64,000 nucleotides of DNA, taken from Alkalispirochaeta sp. GTDB lineage: Bacteria; Spirochaetota; Spirochaetia; DSM-27196; Alkalispirochaetaceae. This document shows, in pieces, positions 17,793 to 28,182 of the stretch (within the stretch, counting starts at the first letter, position 1; each line of letters starts with the position of its first letter). The notes under the pieces were generated by a model, which had not been told where the DNA came from, did no database searches, and saw nothing but the letters and a program-made list of their open reading frames with translations. The DNA lies in contig OZ271854.1 of assembly GCA_965601925.1 (NCBI GenBank), positions 4,768,001 through 4,832,000 on the forward strand, in the 5' to 3' direction. A program made the position numbers and the translations under genes.

Positions 17793-18243
17793 AACGGAGA
17801 GTACTACTGCATTCGCGATCATGATGCGGCGGTATCGTGTAACGGCCAAATTTTTTTTCGGCGCGCAAGACGTGCCGGTGTTACCCCTCGAGGTGCCCCA
17901 TCGGGACCAGCTCACCCTTCTCCTACAGATGTTCGTCCACGAGTTCGAGGAACGCGACACGTTACAGGGAGAGATGCTCCTGATACTCCTCAAACGGCTC
18001 ATCATCATTTGTACGCGCGCCGCCAAAGAGCAATCGGTGGGTCAAACGCTTTCGCGCCCCGAGCTCGAACTGTATAGGCGATTCAACTTGGTGACGAGCC
18101 GGATCAACGGATGCCGCTACTGTCAGGCAGCCCACACCGCGGTGGAAAAAATGACGGGATTCAGCGACGTGGAGATACCGCAGCTGCGCGGCGGAACCGC
18201 ACCCTTCGACGCGAAACCGGACGTCCTCGCCCGCAGTGCGGCA
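17793..18243 (+). pseudogene. Decayed remnant: AraC-type regulator fragment joined to a carboxymuconolactone decarboxylase/AhpD-like fragment
   Basis: YYCIRDHDAAVSCNGQIFF, a frameshift in the T8 run at 17851-17858, then GAQDVPV...DTLQGEMLLILLKRLIIICTR...RRFNLV, then TSRINGCRYCQAAH (CxxCxxxH); no HTH and no proper ends. Confidence 0.65.
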
Positions 18244-18659
18244 CTCCCGGATGAGGGCGCCGCAGCCTTCGACGACGATCCTCTGGTAATCCGGGCACTT
18301 CCTGATTCGGAGACGGACGGCGCGCTGCGGGGCAACGACGACGGTACCGGTGGACGCGAACGATTGACCCGCATTCCGGGGCGCCTGCGGAACCGAGCAT
18401 ATGTCTCCCGCCGCCCAAGCGCATCTCGCGATACCGCTCGGCGATCGAGGCTACCACGGCGCTCTTTTCCGCCCGCCCCGGGAGTAGCCATCCGGGCGAT
18501 GTGCATCCTCGAGAAAATCGGCACTCGGCTACACGGGGCCGAATGAGGCGCGTGTCGAGCATCTACTATTAGAATAATTAGAATAATAATGCGTCACATA
18601 TGGCGATTTATCCGCTGTTGAGTATTTCTCGTCGGCCGTTTCTACACTATTATACACGG

Positions 18660-20918
18660 GTGGGACGATTTGACGGCCTGGCCCTCATCGGCGCGGTAAC
18701 TGATCTGACTGAGCTCCTCGGACGCAGATCGACGATCGACGAGTTTCTTACCGATCTGGTAAGCGTCGTGGCGGAACACATGGCCGCAGATGTCTGTTCG
18801 GTCTATCTCTACGACGTCGAACAGGATCTATTGGTCCTGCGGGCCACGGTGGGACTCAACCCCGGTTTGGTCGGGAGCGTACGTCTGTCACGGGGCGAGG
18901 GACTCACCGGCTATGCGCTGCTCAACAACAGACCCGTGTTTGAGACCGACGCCGGTAACGCACGGCTCAACAAGCCGATTCCCGATCTGGGCGAGGAGGA
19001 ATATCCGGTATTCCTCGGCGTGCCGATCAAGCGCAACAACTTGGATATAGGGGTACTTACGATCCAGTACCGCGCCAAAACGGAGATCGAAGAGCGGGCG
19101 ATACGCGCCCTTCGGTCGATAGCCTCGCACCTCGCGGCGACGTTGGAGAACGCCGCCGCGCTTTACGAACTGCAAGAGGCTCCGAGCGGTCACACCGCAC
19201 CCCGCACGGGACCGCTCACCACGGGGCTGTTGAACGGCACGAGCGCATCGCGGGGAATCGCCATCGGTCACCTCGAATACTTGGACGAGCGCGTCGACGC
19301 CGTAGCTCTCCCGGCGATTCGTTCTCTGGAAGAGGCGATCGAGGCGAGTGCACGCCAACTTCAGGAATTACAACGCCAAGTAGACCAGACGCTCTCCGAC
19401 GTCGCGGCGATGATCTTCAGTTCTCACCTCTTAATGCTGCGCGACGAGAGTTTCGTTGGGCAGATGATCGACATACGCGACGGCGGCATAGATCCCGGCG
19501 AGGCGGTCCAGCGGGTGGTCGACGACTTCTCGCGGCGCTTTGCCGCGATACCCGATCCGCGCTTCCAGGAGAAGATTCAGGATGTACAGGACCTCGGCCA
19601 TCGCATTCTCCACAACCTTCGCGACCACGTGGAACGGGAGGGCGACTACCGCGGGCAGATCGTGGCGGCACGCGAGGTGTTCCCTTCGGAGTTGGTCAAG
19701 CTCTATCTCCAAAGCGTGGAGGGTCTCGTATTCGCCGGCGGCGGCGCGACCAGCCACGTTGCGATTCTTGCGCAGTCGTTGGATTTGCCGGTCGTAGCTA
19801 CCGCCGATCCGCGACTCTTCTCGATCCCGGCGGGGACACGCCTGGTCGTCGACGCCGAAGACGGCAAGGTCGTCATCGAGCCGGCGGGAGAGATTCTCGC
19901 GGCCTTTCGCGAGCGCATCTCGGAACGACGACGGCGACTCAGCGCACGAAACGCGACGCCGATCTCGCCGCGCCTGTTGAGTGCCGACGGGCAACCGATA
20001 CACCTACTCGCCAACGTAAACCTCGTGAAGGACGCGCGAGCCGCATATGCGTTCGGAGCGCACGGCGTCGGTCTGTATCGCAGTGAGTTCCCCTTCCTCA
20101 TCCGCAACGGATTCCCGACCGAAGAGGAGCAGTTGACGGTCTACGAGCGGGTCGTGCGGGAATTGAACGGCAAGCCGGTAACATTTCGCACCCTCGACCT
20201 GGGGGGAGACAAACTGCTCAGCACCCAGGTCGGCCGCGAAGACAACCCGTTCCTGGGCTTTCGCGGTATCCGGTTCCTTTTGGAACACAAGGATCTCTTT
20301 CGAGAGCAGCTCCGCGCCATGCTGCGGGCGGGCTCGGAGATCAGCCTCGGGATACAGTTTCCGATGATCTCGAGCCTCGAGGAGTTTTTGGCCGCCCGTG
20401 ACGAGGTACATGCGTCGATACGAGAGCTACGAGACGAGGGGACGCGCCACAATGAGAAGCCGCGCCTCGGGGTGATGGTCGAACTTCCCGCGGCGGTCGA
20501 GATTGCGCGGGACCTGGCCGCAGAAGTCGATTTTCTCTCGATAGGTACCAACGATCTGGTCATGTACACCCTCGCCGCCGACCGCGCCAACCATCGCGTC
20601 GCGCACATTTATCGTTCCGTTCATCCCGCGGTTTTGCGGATGATCAAGAGACTCGCGGAGGCGGTCGCGCCGTTGGAGCGCCCGCTGTCGGTGTGCGGCG
20701 CAAGCGCGGCCGATCCGGCGATGGTCACGTTTTATCTCGGAGTCGGTATCACGACCTTGAGCGTCGATCCGGGGGAGCTGCACCGCGTCTCCGGAATCGT
20801 ATCGAACACGAACGTCCGTGATGCGCAAAGGACCGCCGCCGCGATGCTCAACTCCCCACGACGGGACGAGCTCGACGAGATGGTCGGGGCGCTTCGTTCC
20901 CGCTACGTGGCACTCTGA
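18660..20918 (+). CDS. ptsP: GAF-domain phosphoenolpyruvate-protein phosphotransferase (EI-Ntr type)
   Basis: N-terminal GAF (ADVCSVYL, GEGLTG), phospho-His TSHVAILA, GVGLYRSEF, RTLDLGGDK, NPFLGFRGIR, SIGTNDL, SVCG. Confidence 0.92.
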   Translation: MGRFDGLALIGAVTDLTELLGRRSTIDEFLTDLVSVVAEHMAADVCSVYLYDVEQDLLVLRATVGLNPGLVGSVRLSRGEGLTGYALLNNRPVFETDAGNARLNKPIPDLGEEEYPVFLGVPIKRNNLDIGVLTIQYRAKTEIEERAIRALRSIASHLAATLENAAALYELQEAPSGHTAPRTGPLTTGLLNGTSASRGIAIGHLEYLDERVDAVALPAIRSLEEAIEASARQLQELQRQVDQTLSDVAAMIFSSHLLMLRDESFVGQMIDIRDGGIDPGEAVQRVVDDFSRRFAAIPDPRFQEKIQDVQDLGHRILHNLRDHVEREGDYRGQIVAAREVFPSELVKLYLQSVEGLVFAGGGATSHVAILAQSLDLPVVATADPRLFSIPAGTRLVVDAEDGKVVIEPAGEILAAFRERISERRRRLSARNATPISPRLLSADGQPIHLLANVNLVKDARAAYAFGAHGVGLYRSEFPFLIRNGFPTEEEQLTVYERVVRELNGKPVTFRTLDLGGDKLLSTQVGREDNPFLGFRGIRFLLEHKDLFREQLRAMLRAGSEISLGIQFPMISSLEEFLAARDEVHASIRELRDEGTRHNEKPRLGVMVELPAAVEIARDLAAEVDFLSIGTNDLVMYTLAADRANHRVAHIYRSVHPAVLRMIKRLAEAVAPLERPLSVCGASAADPAMVTFYLGVGITTLSVDPGELHRVSGIVSNTNVRDAQRTAAAMLNSPRRDELDEMVGALRSRYVAL

Positions 20919-20961
20919 GGACTCGCAGGCCGGTCCGCCTCCGTGGTACAACAAGAGCGTC

Positions 20962-21732
20962 ATGAACGATACGACCATGTTACGTCAACGCCCGTCGGTA
21001 CTTCTGTGCGACGTCGGCGATACGCTGGTACGCTGGACCGGATACTCTCGCCGCGACGGACTTCGCGCCATGACCGGATTGTGCGATGCACCGGGACGGT
21101 TCGACCTGCCGACGCTCATCGAACGCGGAGAGCGCCTCGATGTCGATCTCGAGAAGCGGGCTCAGGCGAGCCTCGTCGAGTTTCGACAAGCCGACTTCTT
21201 ACGATCACTCTTCGGTACGCTCGGTATTCAGCTCCTGTGCGACGACGACCATCTGGAATGGCTCTATTGGCGTTCGGCGTTCACCTTCGAGCCCGAGCCC
21301 GGGGTCGCCGACGCGTTACAGCGAATTGCCGAGTGCGGGGTGACCCTCGGCATCATCAGTAACATGATCTTCGGTCCTCGATCGCTCATCGGCGAGTTGG
21401 AACGCAACGGTATAGCGCACTTCTTCTCACCGCCGGTGCTTACCTCGGCCCGTTTCGGGCTGCGCAAACCGCATCCGTCGATATTCGAGTCGGCGATGGG
21501 TCTCTTTGAGACGACGGGCGACGACGCCTGGTACGTGGGAAACAGCGTATACCACGATGTGGGCGGCGCCAATGCGGCGGGACTCCCGGTGGTCTGGTAC
21601 AACGAGGACGGAGAGGATCTGAACTCTGCGGCGCAGCACGGCGAACGCCCCGACATGATCGTTTCACACTGGAGCGAACTGGCCGACACGCTTGAGGGGC
21701 TCCCGCGCCGCCGACGGGACGTGGCGGTGTAA
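20962..21732 (+). CDS. HAD-superfamily hydrolase
   Basis: DVGDTL motif I, IISN, RKPHPSIF, YVGNS..HDVGGANAAG. Confidence 0.88.
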   Translation: MNDTTMLRQRPSVLLCDVGDTLVRWTGYSRRDGLRAMTGLCDAPGRFDLPTLIERGERLDVDLEKRAQASLVEFRQADFLRSLFGTLGIQLLCDDDHLEWLYWRSAFTFEPEPGVADALQRIAECGVTLGIISNMIFGPRSLIGELERNGIAHFFSPPVLTSARFGLRKPHPSIFESAMGLFETTGDDAWYVGNSVYHDVGGANAAGLPVVWYNEDGEDLNSAAQHGERPDMIVSHWSELADTLEGLPRRRRDVAV

Positions 21733-21761
21733 TCCGCGCCGTCGGATGCGACGAAGGGACG

Positions 21762-22688
21762 TTATCGATCCGCCGACTCAGCCGGAGTCGGTATCTCTAT
21801 GCGGATGTTCGTTCCTTCACCGAGCGAGGAGGCGATCCACATGCGCCCGTGGTAGCGTCGCGCAATGTAGTATGCTTTGGTCAGCCCGAATCCGCTCCCC
21901 TTGGTCTCGTAGACGCTCGTGTTGCTTCCGCGAATACCGAACTGCACGACCGAAGAGATCTCCTGCGGCGGTATCCCACGCCCTTCGTCCCGTACTTCGA
22001 GACGAACGACGGAGCGATCATCTTCGATACGGGACTGTACTCGAGTGCCCGGGGGCGAGTACTTCCGTGCGTTGGCGGTAAGATCGCGCATGACGTCCAG
22101 CATCTCCGGAGGGACGTACACCGATCCGTCGGGACAATCTACGCGAATATCCAAAAGGTACTCGGACGAGGTCTGGACGCTGGGCGGGTAGACGACCGCG
22201 TAACGCCCCCGCGCCCCCAGCGTCATGACGTCGAAGATCTGGCGCACTTGATCGACAATGGCACGATCGGCAAAGTGCTGCCAGGCGCCGGGAGCGTGCA
22301 TACGCGCCAGAAGTTCCAATATGCGCACATCGACGACCGCGAGGACGCGCAACACGAACACGCGTAACTCCGTGAGTGCGGTCGCCGTCGCCGGCTTGCG
22401 CGCGATCCCATCCTCGACGACTTCGGCGATCCGTTCGCGAAGCCGCGCCACGAGCAACTTGGTACGCTCGGCGCGTTGTGCCTCGTCGCGCATGTCCCTG
22501 TACGAGTCGATGAGAGCCCGGCACATCCCGCGCTCCTCAACAAATAGGGTATCGTCCTCCAGTAGGAGCTCGGCGATTTGTAATTCCGCGTTGATGACAT
22601 TGGCAAGATTCACAAAACTGTGCAGCTCGATGGCTCGTTGTTGATCGCCGGCGAGCGTCAATTCTTCTCGTATCTCGACCTCGGTCAT
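21762..22688 (-). CDS. Cytoplasmic HATPase_c (histidine-kinase-like) protein without an obvious sensor
   Basis: DLTANARKYS (N box), VRDEGRGI (G1), GSGFGLTKA (G2), GEGT; possible H-box LHSFVN. Confidence 0.8.
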   Translation of the reverse strand: MTEVEIREELTLAGDQQRAIELHSFVNLANVINAELQIAELLLEDDTLFVEERGMCRALIDSYRDMRDEAQRAERTKLLVARLRERIAEVVEDGIARKPATATALTELRVFVLRVLAVVDVRILELLARMHAPGAWQHFADRAIVDQVRQIFDVMTLGARGRYAVVYPPSVQTSSEYLLDIRVDCPDGSVYVPPEMLDVMRDLTANARKYSPPGTRVQSRIEDDRSVVRLEVRDEGRGIPPQEISSVVQFGIRGSNTSVYETKGSGFGLTKAYYIARRYHGRMWIASSLGEGTNIRIEIPTPAESADR

Positions 22689-22936
22689 TGTCAAAAGCTC
22701 CTACTTTGCGGCGGTATATCGAGACAGTATGTTCTCTTTCGGAGTCCGACGGGACGATACGATCGCACGATCCGAAACGGCTACCCGATTGAAACGACAA
22801 CATGTACGATGCTGCGATAGCGTATCATGGATAAGACGAATAATAAAACTATTGCTTTCGACATAACATAAAAAAATATTGTGACTTTTCGAGACATAAT
22901 GCGGCGCGTCGTGCGGCCGCGTCCCGGGGGTAAACC

Positions 22937-23836
22937 ATGGACAAAACGCAAATGTATCTACAGTGCATCAACGCCGTGACCGACCATATAGAACTGCATC
23001 TCGACCGCGCCATCACGCTCGACGAGTTGGCCGGTCTTTCCGGCTTTTCGAAGTACCACTTCCACCGGATATTTCAGAGCTTCACAAACGAGCCGCTGTA
23101 TCACTTCATCATCCGCTTACGGGTCGAACGCGCCGCGGCGCTTTTGGTGAATCGCGACGATTCGGTTACCGAGATCGCGTTTGCGTGCGGGTTCAACGAT
23201 TCGGCCACCTTTTCACGGGCGTTCAAAAAACACTTCGGAGTATCGGCCGCCCGGTGGAGGAGCGAACGAAACCGCAAGATTCGTCAAGAGGACACCTCCC
23301 CTCCCGTGTACCGTGGAGAGAGCACAGCAATGGAGAGCAGTGTCGTGCATCCTTCGTCGGTGAGAGAGGAACAGTGGCCGGAGCGCACGGTAGTCTACGT
23401 CCGGTACACCGGGCCGTTTGCGGGAGACGGCGAGCTCTTTCAGCGTCTCAACGCCGAGTTGATGCGCCACGCCGAGGGCGCCGGGCTGGTTAAGTATCCC
23501 GAGACCGAGCATGTCATCGTGTATCACGATCCGTTGGGTATAACCGATGAAGACAAGCTCAGGATTTCGGTGGGACTCACCGTGCCTCACGGCGCATCGG
23601 CGGGACCGGCGCTCGGGACGCTCGTCCTCGCCGAGGGAGCATATACCGTCTGTACGTTTCGTGTTACCGAGAATCAGTACGGTGATGCGTGGAACTACGT
23701 ATATCGCGTCGTACTGCCTACGCGCGGTCTGGCGCCCGCCGACAGCAACTGTTTTGAGATGTACGCCCACGATTGCTATCACGAGGAAGACGGCACCACC
23801 ACCGTTGCACTGTGCATTCCAACGATTCGATTGTAA
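22937..23836 (+). CDS. AraC-family regulator with C-terminal GyrI-like ligand-binding domain
   Basis: FSKYHFHRIF, TEIAFACGFNDSATFSRAFKKHFG, VVYVRYTGPF, YHDP.IT..DKLR, FEMY. Confidence 0.92.
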   Translation: MDKTQMYLQCINAVTDHIELHLDRAITLDELAGLSGFSKYHFHRIFQSFTNEPLYHFIIRLRVERAAALLVNRDDSVTEIAFACGFNDSATFSRAFKKHFGVSAARWRSERNRKIRQEDTSPPVYRGESTAMESSVVHPSSVREEQWPERTVVYVRYTGPFAGDGELFQRLNAELMRHAEGAGLVKYPETEHVIVYHDPLGITDEDKLRISVGLTVPHGASAGPALGTLVLAEGAYTVCTFRVTENQYGDAWNYVYRVVLPTRGLAPADSNCFEMYAHDCYHEEDGTTTVALCIPTIRL

Positions 23837-23849
23837 CGGGAGGTATCGC

Positions 23850-24482
23850 GTGGAGGAGAAGCGTTTCGAACGTATCACCGGGGCTATGAATGTCGTCTAC
23901 GCGCTGTTGTTGCTCGTGACCGCCGTGCTGTTCTATACACTGCTACCGGTTACGAGCATCGCGACCGACTACTCGGCGCTCGTGGTACGCCCCGCCTGGT
24001 TACCCATCAACGCACTATCGTTGGTGGCAAAACTGGCGGGTATTGTAGGGCTCATGGGTATTTTCACGGCACAGCGCTCGGCGACGGGCTCGCTCATGTT
24101 CGTGGGCTTCGTTCTCGCCCTCGCCTCGCTGGTAATACAGACCGCTACCATCACTTGGGAGATGGTTATATGGCCGGCGATGTTACGAGACAATCCGGCG
24201 ACGCCGCTACTCACCCAATCGGGCATCTATCGCGACGCCGGGATAGCGGCCTTTTACGGAACATTTACCCTTCTATTCACCCTTGGCCACCTCATCGTCG
24301 GCGTCGCGAGCGCGCGCGCACGCGTGTTCCCGCGCTGGGCCGCGGTAACCCTCGCAATCGGTGGCCCCGCGTATGCGATTCTCTTGGCGCTCCCGCCCTT
24401 CGGTGCGGTCGGGTTGGTGATCTATGCGGTCGCCGTTTTCGGATTCGGCTCCGCACTCATGAAGCGGCGCGCCCCGTCGTGA
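23850..24482 (+). CDS. Hypothetical integral membrane protein
   Basis: About six hydrophobic segments; GGGAGG SD and GTG start 14 nt after the AraC gene. Confidence 0.75.
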   Translation: MEEKRFERITGAMNVVYALLLLVTAVLFYTLLPVTSIATDYSALVVRPAWLPINALSLVAKLAGIVGLMGIFTAQRSATGSLMFVGFVLALASLVIQTATITWEMVIWPAMLRDNPATPLLTQSGIYRDAGIAAFYGTFTLLFTLGHLIVGVASARARVFPRWAAVTLAIGGPAYAILLALPPFGAVGLVIYAVAVFGFGSALMKRRAPS

Positions 24483-24578
24483 TAGCCGCACAACTCCTTC
24501 GCGCGATCGGCGCGTGCGGTAGGTATAGCCGGGTTCCGCGACGGACGAACGTTGTCCACGCGCCACCGTCGTCCGACC

Positions 24579-25538
24579 TTACGCCCCCGCCGCCCCGGCG
24601 GCGAGGGCCGCCAATGCGATCGAGTCGAGCTTGGCCCGCTCGGAGTCGGCGCGGCTGGTCAGCACGATGGGCGCGCGGGCTCCGACGATCACGCCGGCGT
24701 TTCGCGATTCGGCGAGAAAGGCGAGCGCCTTGTACAGCACGTTACCGCTCTCGATCTGGGGAGCGAGAAGGATGTCCGCCTCCCCTGCGACGGGCGACTC
24801 GATGCCCTTGGTGCGCGCCGCCTCGACTGAGACTGCGTTGTCCAGAGCAAACGGGCCGTCGACGATGCATCCGGTGATCTCGCCGCGCCGATTGGCCTCT
24901 TTCAATGCGGCGGCGTCGACGGTGGCGCTCATACGTTCGTTCACCTTCTCCTTTGCCGCGAGGACGGCGACCTTCGGCTCCTCGTATCCCAAGGCGTGCA
25001 GGAATGAAACCGCATTCTCGAGGATTGCGCGCTTCGTCTCGTACCCCGGCGCGATGTTCATCGCCGCATCGGTGATTGCCAAGGGGCGCGGGTAGCCGGC
25101 AATCTCAAACAGGGCCAGATGACTCAGGACGCTGCCGGCGCGAAGTCCGTTCACGCGGTCCAAGACCGCGTGAAGGAGAACTGAGGTGTCCACGAGCCCC
25201 TTCATAAGCATGGCGGCGTCGCCCGAGGCGACGATGGAGACGGCCCGTCGTGCAGACGCTTCCATATCGGAAACGGCCTCTACGGGCATACCGGCGATGT
25301 CGATCTCCTCCTCGTCGGCGATGCGTGCCAAATCGTCCGCGTCGGCAACCAACACGGGCTCGATGAGGCGTCGATCGCGTGCCGCGGTCACGGCGCGCAA
25401 CACATCGCCCTCCGCCGCCGCGGCAACGGCCATAGCGACCGGTTCTCTTCCCGGAGTATCGAGGAGAGAGAATGAAAAGGGACGGGGCGTCATGCCGGTC
25501 GAACGTCCCGTTCCGAATTTCGGTGTGCGTACATCCAT
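24579..25538 (-). CDS. ptb: Phosphate butyryltransferase / branched-chain phosphotransacylase
   Basis: MLMKGLVDT, ITDAAMNIAP, VDGPFALDNA, GNVLYKAL, PIVLTSRADS; start may be 25493. Confidence 0.9.
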   Translation of the reverse strand: MDVRTPKFGTGRSTGMTPRPFSFSLLDTPGREPVAMAVAAAAEGDVLRAVTAARDRRLIEPVLVADADDLARIADEEEIDIAGMPVEAVSDMEASARRAVSIVASGDAAMLMKGLVDTSVLLHAVLDRVNGLRAGSVLSHLALFEIAGYPRPLAITDAAMNIAPGYETKRAILENAVSFLHALGYEEPKVAVLAAKEKVNERMSATVDAAALKEANRRGEITGCIVDGPFALDNAVSVEAARTKGIESPVAGEADILLAPQIESGNVLYKALAFLAESRNAGVIVGARAPIVLTSRADSERAKLDSIALAALAAGAAGA

Positions 25539-25542
25539 GCGC

Positions 25543-26093
25543 TTATCGTACCGGCTCGACGACGACCTCAGCCCCCCGTTCTAAGGCCGCCTTGTTCAGC
25601 GGCAATACGGAGGCCTTTTTGGGGCCGAACACTTTCCCCAGTGCATCGTTCACCGACGCGAGATCGAACAGACCACTTTTTGCCAGATACGCGCCGAGCA
25701 TCACCATATTGGCCACCTTCGCGTTGCCGAGCTCGGCCGCGATCTCGTTGGCGTCCACGGCGAGAACGTCGATATCGGAGCGCTCGGGTTCGACATCGAT
25801 CAGAGACCGATTGAGAACCAATAGTCCCCCCGGAACCAACTCGGGTTCGAACTTGCGCACCGACGGAAGATTCATAACGAGCGCCGCCGTCGCGTCCTTG
25901 GAGATAATAGGCGAACCGACGGGGTGCTCGCTCACGATAACGTGGCAGTTGGCGGTTCCACCCCGCATCTCCGGACCGTAACTGGGGAGCCAGCTCACCT
26001 CTCGGTTCTCCAACATACCGGTATAGGCGAGAAGTCGCCCCATGGACATGACACCCTGGCCGCCGAATCCGGCGCAGATGATCTTCGCCTCGT

Positions 26094-26097
<4 letters not shown>
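25543..26097 (-). CDS. 2-oxoacid:ferredoxin oxidoreductase gamma subunit (VOR type)
   Basis: [32 protein letters not shown]. Confidence 0.93.
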
Positions 26098-26872
<775 letters not shown>

Positions 26873-26873
<1 letters not shown>

Positions 26874-27934
26874 TACTTCACCTCCTGGAGCATCGCTTTG
26901 GCCTTCTCGATAATCGTATGCTGATCGGGCACCATACCGCCGGCGCGTCCGAAAAAGCCGACCGGCCAACGCCCTGCGACGGAGATGCGCACATCGTCGA
27001 TCATCTGCCCCATGCTCATCTCTACCGCCATAACCGCCCGCACCGACTTTCCCAACTCGTCGAAAGCGTCGTGGGGCCACGGCCACAGAGTGATCGGGCG
27101 AATGAGTCCCGCCGCAACGCCCCCCTCGCGCAACATATCCACGGCGTTGCGCACGACTCGCGAGGCAGTCCCGTAGCTCACAAACACGATGTGTGCGTCT
27201 TCGAGGCGATACGCCTCCCAGCGCATCTCGTTCTTCTCGATCTCGCGGTGCTTGGCGGCCAACCGTTCGTTGTGCGCCTCGAGGTCCTGCGGCAAGAGAT
27301 ACAGCGAGTTGACGACATTGGGGTCGCGCCGGGAGCCGGTACCGGTTGTGGCCCAGTCTTTGACCGGGAGCTGACGTTTGGGCGGATCGCGAAACTCGAC
27401 CGGTTCCATCATTTGGCCGATCATACCGTCGCCCAGAACCATCACCGGTATGCGGTACTGGTCGGCGACGTCGAAGGACTCCATCATGATGTCCACCGTC
27501 TCCTGCACGCTCGCCGGAGCGTAGACGATGTGACGGTAGTCGCCGTTCCCTCCTCCACGCGTTGCCTGAAAATAGTCGGATTGACCGGGCTGGATACTAC
27601 CGAGCCCCGGACCGCCGCGCATCATATTGACGATGACGCACGGGAGCTCGGCTCCGGCGATGTAACTTATCCCCTCTTGTTTGAGGGCGATTCCCGGGCT
27701 GGATGAGGATGTCATGACCCGCGCGCCCGATCCGGCGGCACCGTAGACCATATTGATCGCCGCCACCTCGCTCTCGGCCTGGAGAAACACACCGCCGGCT
27801 TTGGGGAGCTCCCGCGACATGTACTCCGGAATCTCGTTCTGGGGCGTGATGGGATATCCGAAAAAGTAGCGACACCCGCCGCGTATGGCCGCCTCTCCGA
27901 CCGCCTCATTTCCCTTCATCAATACCTTGTCCAT
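26873..27934 (-). CDS. vorB: 2-ketoisovalerate:ferredoxin oxidoreductase alpha-type subunit (often named VorB)
   Basis: [35 protein letters not shown]; subunit letter naming varies between organisms. Confidence 0.88.
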
Positions 27935-28164
27935 CAGGCGCTCTCCTTCTCGAGGCGTTCGACCTGTATCACCACATCGGGACACATCATCGCGCAAAAG
28001 GTGCACACGATACACGCCTCAGGGTCCGTCACGTAGGCGGGGTTGTACCCCTTGGAGTTTATACGTCCCATATCGAGGGCGACGATGTCCTTCGGACACG
28101 CGTGGACGCACAATCCGCACCCCTTACATCGATCTTCGTCAAATACGACCAGTCCTTTCGGCAT
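27934..28164 (-). CDS. 2[4Fe-4S] ferredoxin-like delta subunit
   Basis: CKGCGLCVHACP and CIVCTFCAMMCP; AGGAGG SD. Confidence 0.93.
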   Translation of the reverse strand: MPKGLVVFDEDRCKGCGLCVHACPKDIVALDMGRINSKGYNPAYVTDPEACIVCTFCAMMCPDVVIQVERLEKESA

Positions 28165-28182
28165 GGCTACCTCCTGTTCACT

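Noticed and set aside
18244..18562. ORFs on both strands after the AraC/CMD remnant
   Set aside because: No recognisable family; probably decayed DNA.
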